A stretch of DNA of 64,000 bases, from contig JAGXLL010000003.1 in the NCBI GenBank assembly GCA_018334675.1, positions 37,050-101,049 of the forward strand. The letters run 5' to 3'. Positions 1 through 7,855 of the stretch are shown here, in pieces (within the stretch, counting starts at the first letter, position 1; each line of letters starts with the position of its first letter). Origin of the DNA: Bacteroidales bacterium. Lineage in GTDB: Bacteria; Bacteroidota; Bacteroidia; Bacteroidales; UBA12077. The translations under genes were made by a program, and so were the position numbers. The notes beneath the pieces were generated by a model, which saw only the letters and a list, made by a program, of their open reading frames with translations, was not told the DNA's origin and did not search any database.

Positions 1-932
1 CTCCGCGATGGCTGAACACGCGAGCGCAGCCCATAGCCATACAAAATGTCATCGAATATTTGATCGCGGTACTCCATAATGAGCAGGCCTTTAACCGCTC
101 CCTCGATATAGGCGGCCCTGAGGTGCTCAGCTACAAAGAGATGCTGTTACGCTTTGCCCGGGTGCGAAACTTAAAAAGGACTATATGGACCCTTCCTGTG
201 ATGACGCCCCGCTTATCCTCCTACTGGCTCTACTTTGTAACTTCTGTTTCCTACAACCTGGCAGTAAACCTGGTGGACAGCATGAAAGTCGAGGTCATTG
301 CTGATGACAGACCCGTCAGGGAGATCTCTCACGTAGAGCTCATCGGCTTTGATGAAGCCGTAAGGATGTCCTTCAGCAAACTGGAGAGCGACCATGTTTT
401 ATCGAGCTGGAAAGATTCTCTGATTTCAAGTATGGACCAGAATGACCTGCATGGGTCTTTTCATGTGCCCACCCAGGGCTGCCTGATCGATCACCGCAGC
501 CTGATACTGCACCATTCGCCTGCGACTGTCCTGGAAAACATATGGTCGATCGGTGGAAGCCAGGGATGGTACTATGCCAATCTGCTCTGGAAAATCCGGG
601 GTTTTATAGACAAACTAGTAGGAGGTACCGGGTTGCGCAGGGGCCGAACCCATCTGCATCATCTGTATCCCGGCGATGCACTGGATTTCTGGCGGGTTCT
701 GCTGGCCGACAAACAATCCATGAGACTCCTGCTTTACTCCGAGATGAAGCTGCCCGGAGAAGCCTGGCTCGAATTCAGGATTGACCATGAAGATAACCAT
801 TACAGGCTCCATCAGATAGCTACCTTTCGTCCACAAGGCATCCTGGGACGCGTGTACTGGTACTTCCTGCTCCCCTGGCACCAGATCATCTTTAGAGGCA
901 TGATCCGACAGATGGCTGCCAAAAGATCCTGA
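1..932 (+). CDS. C-terminal part of an NAD(P)-binding SDR-like / DUF2867-type protein (5' end outside window)
   Basis: Frame 3 is open from the window edge (PRWLNTRAQPIAIQNVIEYLIAVLHNE...) into ORF 60..932, so the listed start is not the real one. The C-terminal half (GWYYANLLWKIRGFIDKLVGG...DALDFWRV...EAWLEFRI) fits my recollection of DUF2867 fused to NmrA/SDR-like domains. Confidence 0.6.
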   Translation, partial: PRWLNTRAQPIAIQNVIEYLIAVLHNEQAFNRSLDIGGPEVLSYKEMLLRFARVRNLKRTIWTLPVMTPRLSSYWLYFVTSVSYNLAVNLVDSMKVEVIADDRPVREISHVELIGFDEAVRMSFSKLESDHVLSSWKDSLISSMDQNDLHGSFHVPTQGCLIDHRSLILHHSPATVLENIWSIGGSQGWYYANLLWKIRGFIDKLVGGTGLRRGRTHLHHLYPGDALDFWRVLLADKQSMRLLLYSEMKLPGEAWLEFRIDHEDNHYRLHQIATFRPQGILGRVYWYFLLPWHQIIFRGMIRQMAAKRS

Positions 933-986
933 TATGGTTTTACCCGAATTTTGCACTAAATTGTCACACTCCATCCCAACCCATCC

Positions 987-2141
987 ATGATCATGGCGGA
1001 AGATAATCAGTATATAGCGAAGACGTTCCCGGGCCTGGAAGAAGTGCTGGCTGGAGAGATCCGGGCGCTGGGAGCAGATCAGGCAGAAGTGCTCAAACGT
1101 GCAGTAAAGTTTCGGGGCAACAAAGCCATGCTTTATCGCTCGAACCTCCATCTGCACACGGCACTCAAAGTGCTGGTGCCCATAAAAAAATTTTCATGCG
1201 AAAACGAAGATCAACTCTATCAGGCCCTATATGAACATCCCTGGGAAGAGCTTTTCAACCTCTATAACACCTTCGTGATTGACGGGGTGGTTAATTCCCA
1301 CCTGTTCAAACACTCGCATTACGCCGCCCTGAAAGCCAAAGATGCCATTGTTGACCGCTTCAGGAATAAATACAACAAAAGACCCTCCATCGACAAAAAC
1401 AAACCCGATTTTCGGATCAATCTCCACATTTACAGGGATCAATGCACCCTCTCACTCGACAGCTCCGGTGAATCCCTGCACAAAAGGGGATATAAAGCAA
1501 AAAATGTTAAAGCTCCCTTAAACGAGGTGTTGGCAGCCGGCTTGATCTTGCTTTCCGGATGGGACAAATCCTCATCTTTTGTCGATCCTATGTGTGGATC
1601 CGGAACACTGCCCATTGAAGCCGCCCTGATGGCCCATAATATTGCCCCCGGATGGTACCGCCAACAATTCGGTTTTGAAACCTGGCACGATTTTGATCAT
1701 CTGCTTTTTCAGGAATTGAAAAACAAAAGCAGGCCCCAACCCGGAAAACACCCCCCTATCCATGGATGCGACATATCGCAGCAAGCCATTGAAACATCAA
1801 AGAATAACCTTCAGCAAGCCGGGTTAAGCAAACAAGTCATGCTCTTCGAACAATCACTGGCTCAATATACCCCGCCCAACACAGATAAGGGCGTGGTGAT
1901 CATGAACCCTCCCTACGACCAAAAACTTAAGGAAAAAGACATACTTGCCTTCTACAAAAGCATCGGGGATATCCTGAAAAAAAAGTATGAGGGATATGAT
2001 GTATGGATTTTCAGCCACCATATGAAGGCACTGAAAAATATCGGTCTGCATCCTTCCAGCAAGTGCACCCTCTACAACGGCCCCCTGGAGTGTAAATTCC
2101 AAAAATATTCCATCTACAAAGGCAGCTTGAAGAAAAAGTAA
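987..2141 (+). CDS. THUMP-domain class I SAM-dependent methyltransferase (RlmL/UPF0020-like)
   Basis: 384-aa ORF with an N-terminal THUMP-like region. It has a SAM-binding DPMCGSGT motif and the catalytic NPPY motif (VVIMNPPYDQKL). Confidence 0.75.
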   Translation: MIMAEDNQYIAKTFPGLEEVLAGEIRALGADQAEVLKRAVKFRGNKAMLYRSNLHLHTALKVLVPIKKFSCENEDQLYQALYEHPWEELFNLYNTFVIDGVVNSHLFKHSHYAALKAKDAIVDRFRNKYNKRPSIDKNKPDFRINLHIYRDQCTLSLDSSGESLHKRGYKAKNVKAPLNEVLAAGLILLSGWDKSSSFVDPMCGSGTLPIEAALMAHNIAPGWYRQQFGFETWHDFDHLLFQELKNKSRPQPGKHPPIHGCDISQQAIETSKNNLQQAGLSKQVMLFEQSLAQYTPPNTDKGVVIMNPPYDQKLKEKDILAFYKSIGDILKKKYEGYDVWIFSHHMKALKNIGLHPSSKCTLYNGPLECKFQKYSIYKGSLKKK

Positions 2142-2223
2142 ACCTGTGAAATTTTTTGTGTATCTTTATCCCCTGCTCGTGGAAAAATTATGTCCGCTTA
2201 CATATTTTGTAGTGCAAAATTCC

Positions 2224-2231
2224 TATATTTG
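2224..2231 (+). promoter_or_regulatory. Bacteroidota-type -7 promoter box candidate (TATATTTG = TAnnTTTG)
   Basis: Exact TAnnTTTG match about 42 nt upstream of ATG 2274, with a TTTG at 2206-2209. The motif is short and is expected many times by chance in 64 kb, so only its position supports the call. Confidence 0.3.
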
Positions 2232-2273
2232 CTCTGCAGGTAGTCAAAAATCCCTAATAATTTGAAGGCTTGT

Positions 2274-2819
2274 ATGCATTTTGACATCGACCAGTATTAT
2301 TCCAGGCTAAATTCAGGTGAGGTTATACTGGCCTATAAGGGTAGCATATCTTCGGAACTGATAACCAATGTTCTGGAAGTGTTAGATGCCAAACTGGAAG
2401 ATCTGGTCATTGAAAAAAGCATAAAAAAGAAACTCTATAATGTACTGGTCGAAAGCCTTCAGAATCTATATCATCACATCGATGACCTTCCCGAGACCTC
2501 CAGTGGTAAATTCGACGTACATTTCGGAATATTCGTCATTACTAAAGAAGGGGAACGATATAAAGTTTCGACCGGCAACTTCATTAAAAACAACAAAATC
2601 AAACCCCTTCAGGAGCGGCTCGACCGGGTAAAATCGATGTCGAAAGATGAATTGAAGACCCTTTACAAACAAATATTAAACAATCAGGATTTTACCAAAA
2701 AGGGAGGTGTCGGCCTTGGCCTCATTGACATGGCCAAGCGTACCGACGGCCAGTTGGATTATAAATTCAGCGAATACAACCAGGAGTATTCTTTTTTTAA
2801 CCTGGACATTTACGTTTAA
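2274..2819 (+). CDS. SiaB-like small HATPase-fold protein kinase (partner-switch kinase)
   Basis: About 181 aa from ATG 2274; the listed ORF starts at TTG 2262. G-rich ATP-lid motif KKGGVGLGLIDMAKR near the C-terminus. Size and adjacency to a DUF1987/SiaC-like gene match the SiaB-SiaC pair described in Pseudomonas. Confidence 0.6.
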   Translation: MHFDIDQYYSRLNSGEVILAYKGSISSELITNVLEVLDAKLEDLVIEKSIKKKLYNVLVESLQNLYHHIDDLPETSSGKFDVHFGIFVITKEGERYKVSTGNFIKNNKIKPLQERLDRVKSMSKDELKTLYKQILNNQDFTKKGGVGLGLIDMAKRTDGQLDYKFSEYNQEYSFFNLDIYV

Positions 2820-2847
2820 AAAAAAAATAAAAAAACAACGACCCATT

Positions 2848-3228
2848 ATGGAATCTATTGCAATTGAAGGCACGACCAAAACCCCGGAAGTTAGGCTCAA
2901 TCCGGAAAATGGGGTTATTGAGATCAAGGGACGTTCGATACCAGAGAATTCCATAGAATTTTACAGACCGATTATCGAATGGTTGGATGAGTATGCAAAA
3001 AACCCGAATAAAAAAACCACCGTCAACGTCCAATTGGAATATTTTAACACCAGCTCCTCCAAATGCATCCTGGACATCTTCAAAAAACTCGAATCCCTGA
3101 AAAAAGCCCGCAACGAAGTAATGATCAACTGGTATTATGAAGAGGATGATGAGGACATGCTGGAATCGGGTGAGGATTATGAATCCATTATCCGTGTACC
3201 CTTCAAGATGATTGAAATTGTAGACTGA
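2848..3228 (+). CDS. SiaC-like DUF1987 regulatory phosphoprotein
   Basis: 126 aa from ATG 2848. The listed ORF 2707.. extends 5' into the previous gene and is unlikely. MESIAIEGTTKTPEV...GRSIPENSIEFY...EYFNTSSSK matches the DUF1987 pattern, including the (L/F)NTSS threonine region recalled as the SiaC phosphosite. Confidence 0.65.
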   Translation: MESIAIEGTTKTPEVRLNPENGVIEIKGRSIPENSIEFYRPIIEWLDEYAKNPNKKTTVNVQLEYFNTSSSKCILDIFKKLESLKKARNEVMINWYYEEDDEDMLESGEDYESIIRVPFKMIEIVD

Positions 3229-3272
3229 AAAATACATCTCGAAACTGTTCAACAGGAGCTAACTAACCAAAC

Positions 3273-3308
3273 AAAAAACCACGCTGATGCTTTTCAGCGT
3301 GGTTTTTT
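3273..3308. terminator. Bidirectional rho-independent terminator between convergent genes
   Basis: Perfect 9-bp stem ccacgctga (3279-3287) / tcagcgtgg (3294-3302) with a 6-nt loop. It is flanked by A6 (3273-3278) and T6 (3303-3308). The TGA stop of the minus-strand ABC gene (3294-3296) lies inside the right arm. Confidence 0.75.
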
Positions 3309-6300
3309 GTTTGAGGCATAGCGCTTATCTTCTGAATAATCCAACAGTTTTCTCAACAGCCTGAAGTACAGGATAAAATAAAGAATGATACTCATGCCCC
3401 ATATAACCAAGAGGTTAACCAGGAAGGTAGGGTAGTATTTTCCAAACAACTGTTTTCTTGGGGCGTAAAAATGGGCCTTGATAAATGAATGTTCAGGATC
3501 TTTAAAAACGGGATCGATCTTTTGAACCAGCTCTCCCTTGTATTCTATGATCCGGTGAATCTCATTGCTGTTTCTTACAAAATCTTCCAGTTTTTCATTG
3601 TAATGATTTCTTCTAATACCCAGCAATTGTTGCTTACCTTCAGGCGATTGCTGCATGTCGGTCATGATCTGGTCCTTCTTGCTGTTGGCTTTGTTATATA
3701 GTTTGATATAATATCTTTTCAGAAGAGACAGATAATCATGAAGAGCTTTAAAGGTAGCCTCTCCGACCTTGTCAGGATAAAGCTCATCCCGTTTCTTGAA
3801 TTTGACCAACCGGGAAGAGGCGGTATGCATCTCTGCTGAGAGCTCCCTGCGGATCAGGGCCAGATTCTCCCTAACCTGCCGGCTTTTCTTTTCATTCTCC
3901 AGGTTCCGCTTACAATAGGACACCTTATTTTGCAGGGTGGTAATCCAGTAGTTTTTCTTGAAATCGGCCCTGCTCATGGCTTTATCATAGGGGTAGAGGG
4001 GCTTTTCGTACTCATTGTTCTTGAATTGATACACGGCCAATGCCTCATAAGCCCACCGCGCTGTTATAACCTCCCCATAGAAGGGGATGGTTTTGGGATT
4101 GGAGATACTGGGATTAAGCTTTTCATATTTAACGATCACTCCGCTAAGGATCAACTGAGGAATGATCAGGAAGGGGATCAAAATATATATGGTGATCACC
4201 GTATTGAAGCTGTCGGAAATCAATAATCCCAGCATGTTTGAAAAACACCAGGCACTGAACAGGATCAGCCAGTATTGCAGGTACATGCCCTGGATCTCCA
4301 TGATGGAATTGCCAATCAGTACAAAAAACCAGGCTTGTATGGCAGATATGAAAAACTGCACCCCGATCTTGGAAAACAGGTAACTGTTCCAGCTTAGATT
4401 AAGAAAAGCCTCGCGTTTGAGGATTTTCCGGTCTTTGATGATCTCCTCCGAACTAACCGTTAGTCCGATGAACATGGCAACAATGACCGAAATGAAAATA
4501 TATACGGGCAGGTTGGAATTAGAGGCCAGGGTATATCCATAAGGGCTGTTGATATCATAATACTTGACAATATATGACAAGATAAAAGCCAGCAATGGAG
4601 CTTCCACCAGGTTAATAAACAGGTACTGGCTGTTGGCCAGCTTGGAGAGCACATCCCGCTGAAGAAAAATGGAAAATTGTTTGAGTTTGTGAGGTACTTT
4701 GAAATGGATCTTAGGCAGCTTATCGCCCGGTTGGGGATGATTTTGCTTTTGCCTGACCGGGGAATACTCAAACTTTTCCTGCCATTCCGGAGGCGAGATC
4801 TTTCTTTCATTGGTGAAATTGCCATACTCATCGAGTACCTTGGTCTCCACAATGTTGAAGATCTGTTCGGGATTTACATTGCCACAAACCGGGCATTCAC
4901 TCTCATTCCAGTTGGCATGCTGAATGCTGGACTTGAAATATATAAGCGATTCGATGGGCTCTCCGTCATAGATCAAATATCCTCCCTGATCCAGTATCAA
5001 TAATTTGTCGAACATTTTGAAGATATCGGAAGAAGGCTGGTGGATCACGGCAAAGACCACCTTTCCTTTGAGGGTGAGCTCCTTCATCAAATCAAGTATA
5101 TTCTCCGAATCGCGGGAAGAAAGGCCAGAAGTGGGTTCATCCAGAAAAAGGACGGCGGGTTCCCGAATAAGCTCCAGGGCAATATTCAGTCTTTTCCTTT
5201 GTCCCCCGCTTATTTTCTTGTCCAGTGGAGTACCTACGTTCATGTCCCTGATGTCATAGAGCCCCAGATCCTCCAGGGTGTTGTTGACCACCTGCACCAG
5301 CTCTTGTTTTGAATAGTGGGCAAAACACAGCCGGGCATTAAAATAGAGGTTTTGAAAAACGGTCAGTTCTTCAATCAGCAGATCATCCTGGGAGACATAC
5401 CCGATCAACCCTTCTACTTTTTCCTTTTCCTGATGGATGTTGATGCCGTTGATCAATACCTCCCCGTCCGTTGGCTGATAGGAGCCGTTTAATACGTTAA
5501 GCAGGGTAGATTTACCGGCCCCGCTGGCTCCCATGATACCAACAAGCTTGGCCGACTCTCCATAAAAACTCATGGGCCGAAGCCCGACATCGCCGGTTTT
5601 GAAATGGAATTCAATGTTTCGGGCTTCAAAGGTGATCCTCGATTCGATCCGGTCGATGTTAAAGCGGGTAATGATGTCACCGTAATAGATCGGCTGTATC
5701 TTCGAGCTTCGGATAGAAGCCCCGACGTTCAGAACATAAACCTTATCCTGCTCCAGAAGCTGCCCGTTGAGATAAATCTCGCTGCCACCGATATAGCGTA
5801 TAAAATACATGCTTGCCGAGTCCAGCTCTATCACGCGCAATTCACCATCCAAATTGGACGAACGCATGTGCCGGATATTGGACAGTGCAATATCCTTCTT
5901 GTTGTCTATGATGAGTATGTTCTTGCTGTCGGGCAGCTCCGGGAAAGGCTTTAAAACAAAACTGCGGATCAGGGAAAACTCCTCCTGAGGGATATGAAAG
6001 GTATCTGCCACCGTTGTGATAAAAGCCATCTGCTGCTCGGTGACGTCCCCTCCAGACTTCACGAATTCCAACAACCGAACCAGTACTACGTTTTTCTGTT
6101 TCTGAGTGAGTTCCTCGTTTATCTCTGTGCAAATCTTCAATACCCGCACCGAGCTTGAAGAAGTTCGCTTCTGGCGCTTGCTTTTTTCCTTTAGCTTCTC
6201 ATGGTGTAGGGCAAAATAATGGTCGAAAACACGGAGGTATTCCTGGGCGGCCTGCTGATTGATCTGCCTGCGTAAAAAGTATTCAACGATCTTCCTCCGA

Positions 6301-6374
6301 TCCCCGCCTGAACTGGTAGGATAGGCAATAATCGCGAAAAGCTGCATGAGGGCTTTCAGGATGGGTTCACTCAT
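3294..6374 (-). CDS. Fused ABC transporter: about 270-aa N-terminal extension + ATPase + ABC-2-type permease + C-terminal coiled region with a final TM helix
   Basis: 1026 aa. Walker A GASGAGKST, signature LSGGQRKRL and Walker B VLFLDEPTSGLS, followed by multiple hydrophobic segments (ABCG/White-like order ATPase->TMD). The start overlaps the upstream stop by 4 nt (6371-6374). Confidence 0.85.
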   Translation of the reverse strand: MSEPILKALMQLFAIIAYPTSSGGDRRKIVEYFLRRQINQQAAQEYLRVFDHYFALHHEKLKEKSKRQKRTSSSSVRVLKICTEINEELTQKQKNVVLVRLLEFVKSGGDVTEQQMAFITTVADTFHIPQEEFSLIRSFVLKPFPELPDSKNILIIDNKKDIALSNIRHMRSSNLDGELRVIELDSASMYFIRYIGGSEIYLNGQLLEQDKVYVLNVGASIRSSKIQPIYYGDIITRFNIDRIESRITFEARNIEFHFKTGDVGLRPMSFYGESAKLVGIMGASGAGKSTLLNVLNGSYQPTDGEVLINGINIHQEKEKVEGLIGYVSQDDLLIEELTVFQNLYFNARLCFAHYSKQELVQVVNNTLEDLGLYDIRDMNVGTPLDKKISGGQRKRLNIALELIREPAVLFLDEPTSGLSSRDSENILDLMKELTLKGKVVFAVIHQPSSDIFKMFDKLLILDQGGYLIYDGEPIESLIYFKSSIQHANWNESECPVCGNVNPEQIFNIVETKVLDEYGNFTNERKISPPEWQEKFEYSPVRQKQNHPQPGDKLPKIHFKVPHKLKQFSIFLQRDVLSKLANSQYLFINLVEAPLLAFILSYIVKYYDINSPYGYTLASNSNLPVYIFISVIVAMFIGLTVSSEEIIKDRKILKREAFLNLSWNSYLFSKIGVQFFISAIQAWFFVLIGNSIMEIQGMYLQYWLILFSAWCFSNMLGLLISDSFNTVITIYILIPFLIIPQLILSGVIVKYEKLNPSISNPKTIPFYGEVITARWAYEALAVYQFKNNEYEKPLYPYDKAMSRADFKKNYWITTLQNKVSYCKRNLENEKKSRQVRENLALIRRELSAEMHTASSRLVKFKKRDELYPDKVGEATFKALHDYLSLLKRYYIKLYNKANSKKDQIMTDMQQSPEGKQQLLGIRRNHYNEKLEDFVRNSNEIHRIIEYKGELVQKIDPVFKDPEHSFIKAHFYAPRKQLFGKYYPTFLVNLLVIWGMSIILYFILYFRLLRKLLDYSEDKRYASNKKPR

Positions 6375-6835
6375 TGTTCAGGCACTTGTTGGGTGGGATG
6401 AGGCTTCTTGAAACCGATCACCAGTTTAACCAGTTCATCGATGTGCTCCTGGGCATCCACCTGTATTTCAACGACGCACGACACCGTGGAGGCAAAATCC
6501 AAATGCCACTTGGGTGTATACCCATGCCTGGTGTTGTCGAATAAAAGATTCCGCTCGGAATCATATACTTTCATGATCAGCGGGGAATCTTCTATATTGC
6601 TGCAAGCCACCAGGCAATAACGATTATCCGCATAGAAAATGGTATGGAACCGGGCCCGGTTGTTCTTGTTTAAGCGGGCCTTATAGGTCTGACCATCGGA
6701 TACATATCCTTCACTCATCAGCGAAGCACATTGCTTCAGGCTATTATTAGGCTCCTTTTGCCCAAAACTATGGGCCGGCAGACTAAGGCCTGTTAAAAGT
6801 AAAATCCAGAATGCTTTGTGAGCCATCCGCATCAT
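6371..6835 (-). CDS. Small secreted protein of unknown function
   Basis: 154 aa with an N-terminal signal peptide (MMRMAHKAFWILLLTGLSLPAHSFGQ). 4-nt overlaps with both neighbours imply an operon with translational coupling. Confidence 0.6.
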   Translation of the reverse strand: MMRMAHKAFWILLLTGLSLPAHSFGQKEPNNSLKQCASLMSEGYVSDGQTYKARLNKNNRARFHTIFYADNRYCLVACSNIEDSPLIMKVYDSERNLLFDNTRHGYTPKWHLDFASTVSCVVEIQVDAQEHIDELVKLVIGFKKPHPTQQVPEQ

Positions 6836-7737
6836 GAAATGATCTTGTCTCTTAGTTTACTCAGTTTTTCTGCTATCGTGCGCAAATGGTATTCGGATAT
6901 TACCACGTTTGAATTACTACGGATGATGGTTAGTTTTTGTTTCTCTTTAACCACCGGTTCTTCATAATAATAATTATAGATCACGCCGTCAAATTCATAG
7001 GCAATATCCACCAGATCATCGATCAGCTGAGTATATTTCTCCGCCTCATAATAGTAAGAGGAGAGCAATTCAATGAGGTTATCCAGGGCATGTTTCTGTT
7101 CCCCCAGGCGATTAACAAGCGGACGCTCTTGTGATTGCAGCACGGTCTGGGCAAGTATATAATTGCTTTCAATCCAACCGCCGGCCAGGATCAGGGCCCC
7201 GATCTTTTTCCGGTTGTTTTCCTTCAGGTAGGCATCAAATTGTTGATAGGAACGGGTCAGATAATAAAGCATGGAATCCTGCTTAACCAGACTGTTTTTG
7301 AACCTCTCCAACTCTTCTGGAGCCAGGGCATTATGCAGCCCCAGATCATCCGTGAGGTTTTTGATCACGTTGAAATAAGAAAGCGACTCTTTCTCTCCGT
7401 TGAAAATGTTCAGATAACCCAAATCTGTCCCATAGACTCCAATATTTAAGGCTTGCTTGAAGCTGGTGTTATATTGAGTATAACGACCGGGATCATTCAG
7501 CAGATCTTTGTTGAACGAAACCTCATGTCTGCGGATGATATAAGCCGCCTGATAAGGAGAGGGAAGAGAAAAAAGGTTGTCGTTGTATTTTAGCAGAAGG
7601 CTGGTGGTATCAATATCCTTTTCCATCATCTCTTCCTGCTGCGTCTCCCTGCTTTGATCTCCCTGTTTGCATCCCCATACGATCAGCAAAAGAAAAAATA
7701 TCCACAGGCAGTATACAAGACGAGGAGGTTGATTCAT
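6832..7737 (-). CDS. Probable lipoprotein of unknown function (mostly helical)
   Basis: 301 aa. The hydrophobic leader ends in ...LLLIVWGC followed by KQGDQ, which is lipobox-like. It is the first gene of the three-gene minus-strand operon. Confidence 0.6.
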   Translation of the reverse strand: MNQPPRLVYCLWIFFLLLIVWGCKQGDQSRETQQEEMMEKDIDTTSLLLKYNDNLFSLPSPYQAAYIIRRHEVSFNKDLLNDPGRYTQYNTSFKQALNIGVYGTDLGYLNIFNGEKESLSYFNVIKNLTDDLGLHNALAPEELERFKNSLVKQDSMLYYLTRSYQQFDAYLKENNRKKIGALILAGGWIESNYILAQTVLQSQERPLVNRLGEQKHALDNLIELLSSYYYEAEKYTQLIDDLVDIAYEFDGVIYNYYYEEPVVKEKQKLTIIRSNSNVVISEYHLRTIAEKLSKLRDKIIS

Positions 7738-7807
7738 GTAAAACGATTTATCTTTTGCTAATTAATAAAAAACTCACGAGATATCAAAGTTTTTTCCACT
7801 CTTAGCC

Positions 7808-7834
7808 CAGCGCTTAGCGCTGCGCTAAGCGCTG
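7808..7834. repeat. Perfect 27-nt palindrome (13-bp arms, 1-nt centre) built from AGCGCT/GCGCTA units
   Basis: cagcgcttagcgc-t-gcgctaagcgctg read directly from the sequence. It sits between the 3' end of the symporter gene (7856) and the start of the lipoprotein operon (7737). No U-tract follows on either strand. Confidence 0.9.
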
Positions 7835-7855
7835 ATAGGTGTCCGCAGTCGAACA

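Noticed and set aside
2707-2847. 5' extension of the SiaC-like ORF
   Set aside because: It overlaps the 3' end of the SiaB-like gene in another frame. DUF1987 proteins begin at the MESIAIEG-type sequence (ATG 2848).
5565-6374. Idea that the N-terminal extension of the ABC fusion contains an FHA domain
   Set aside because: The beta-rich segment lacks the canonical FHA G-R...S-x-x-H...N-G signature as far as I can read it. It is left as an uncharacterised extension pending HHpred.
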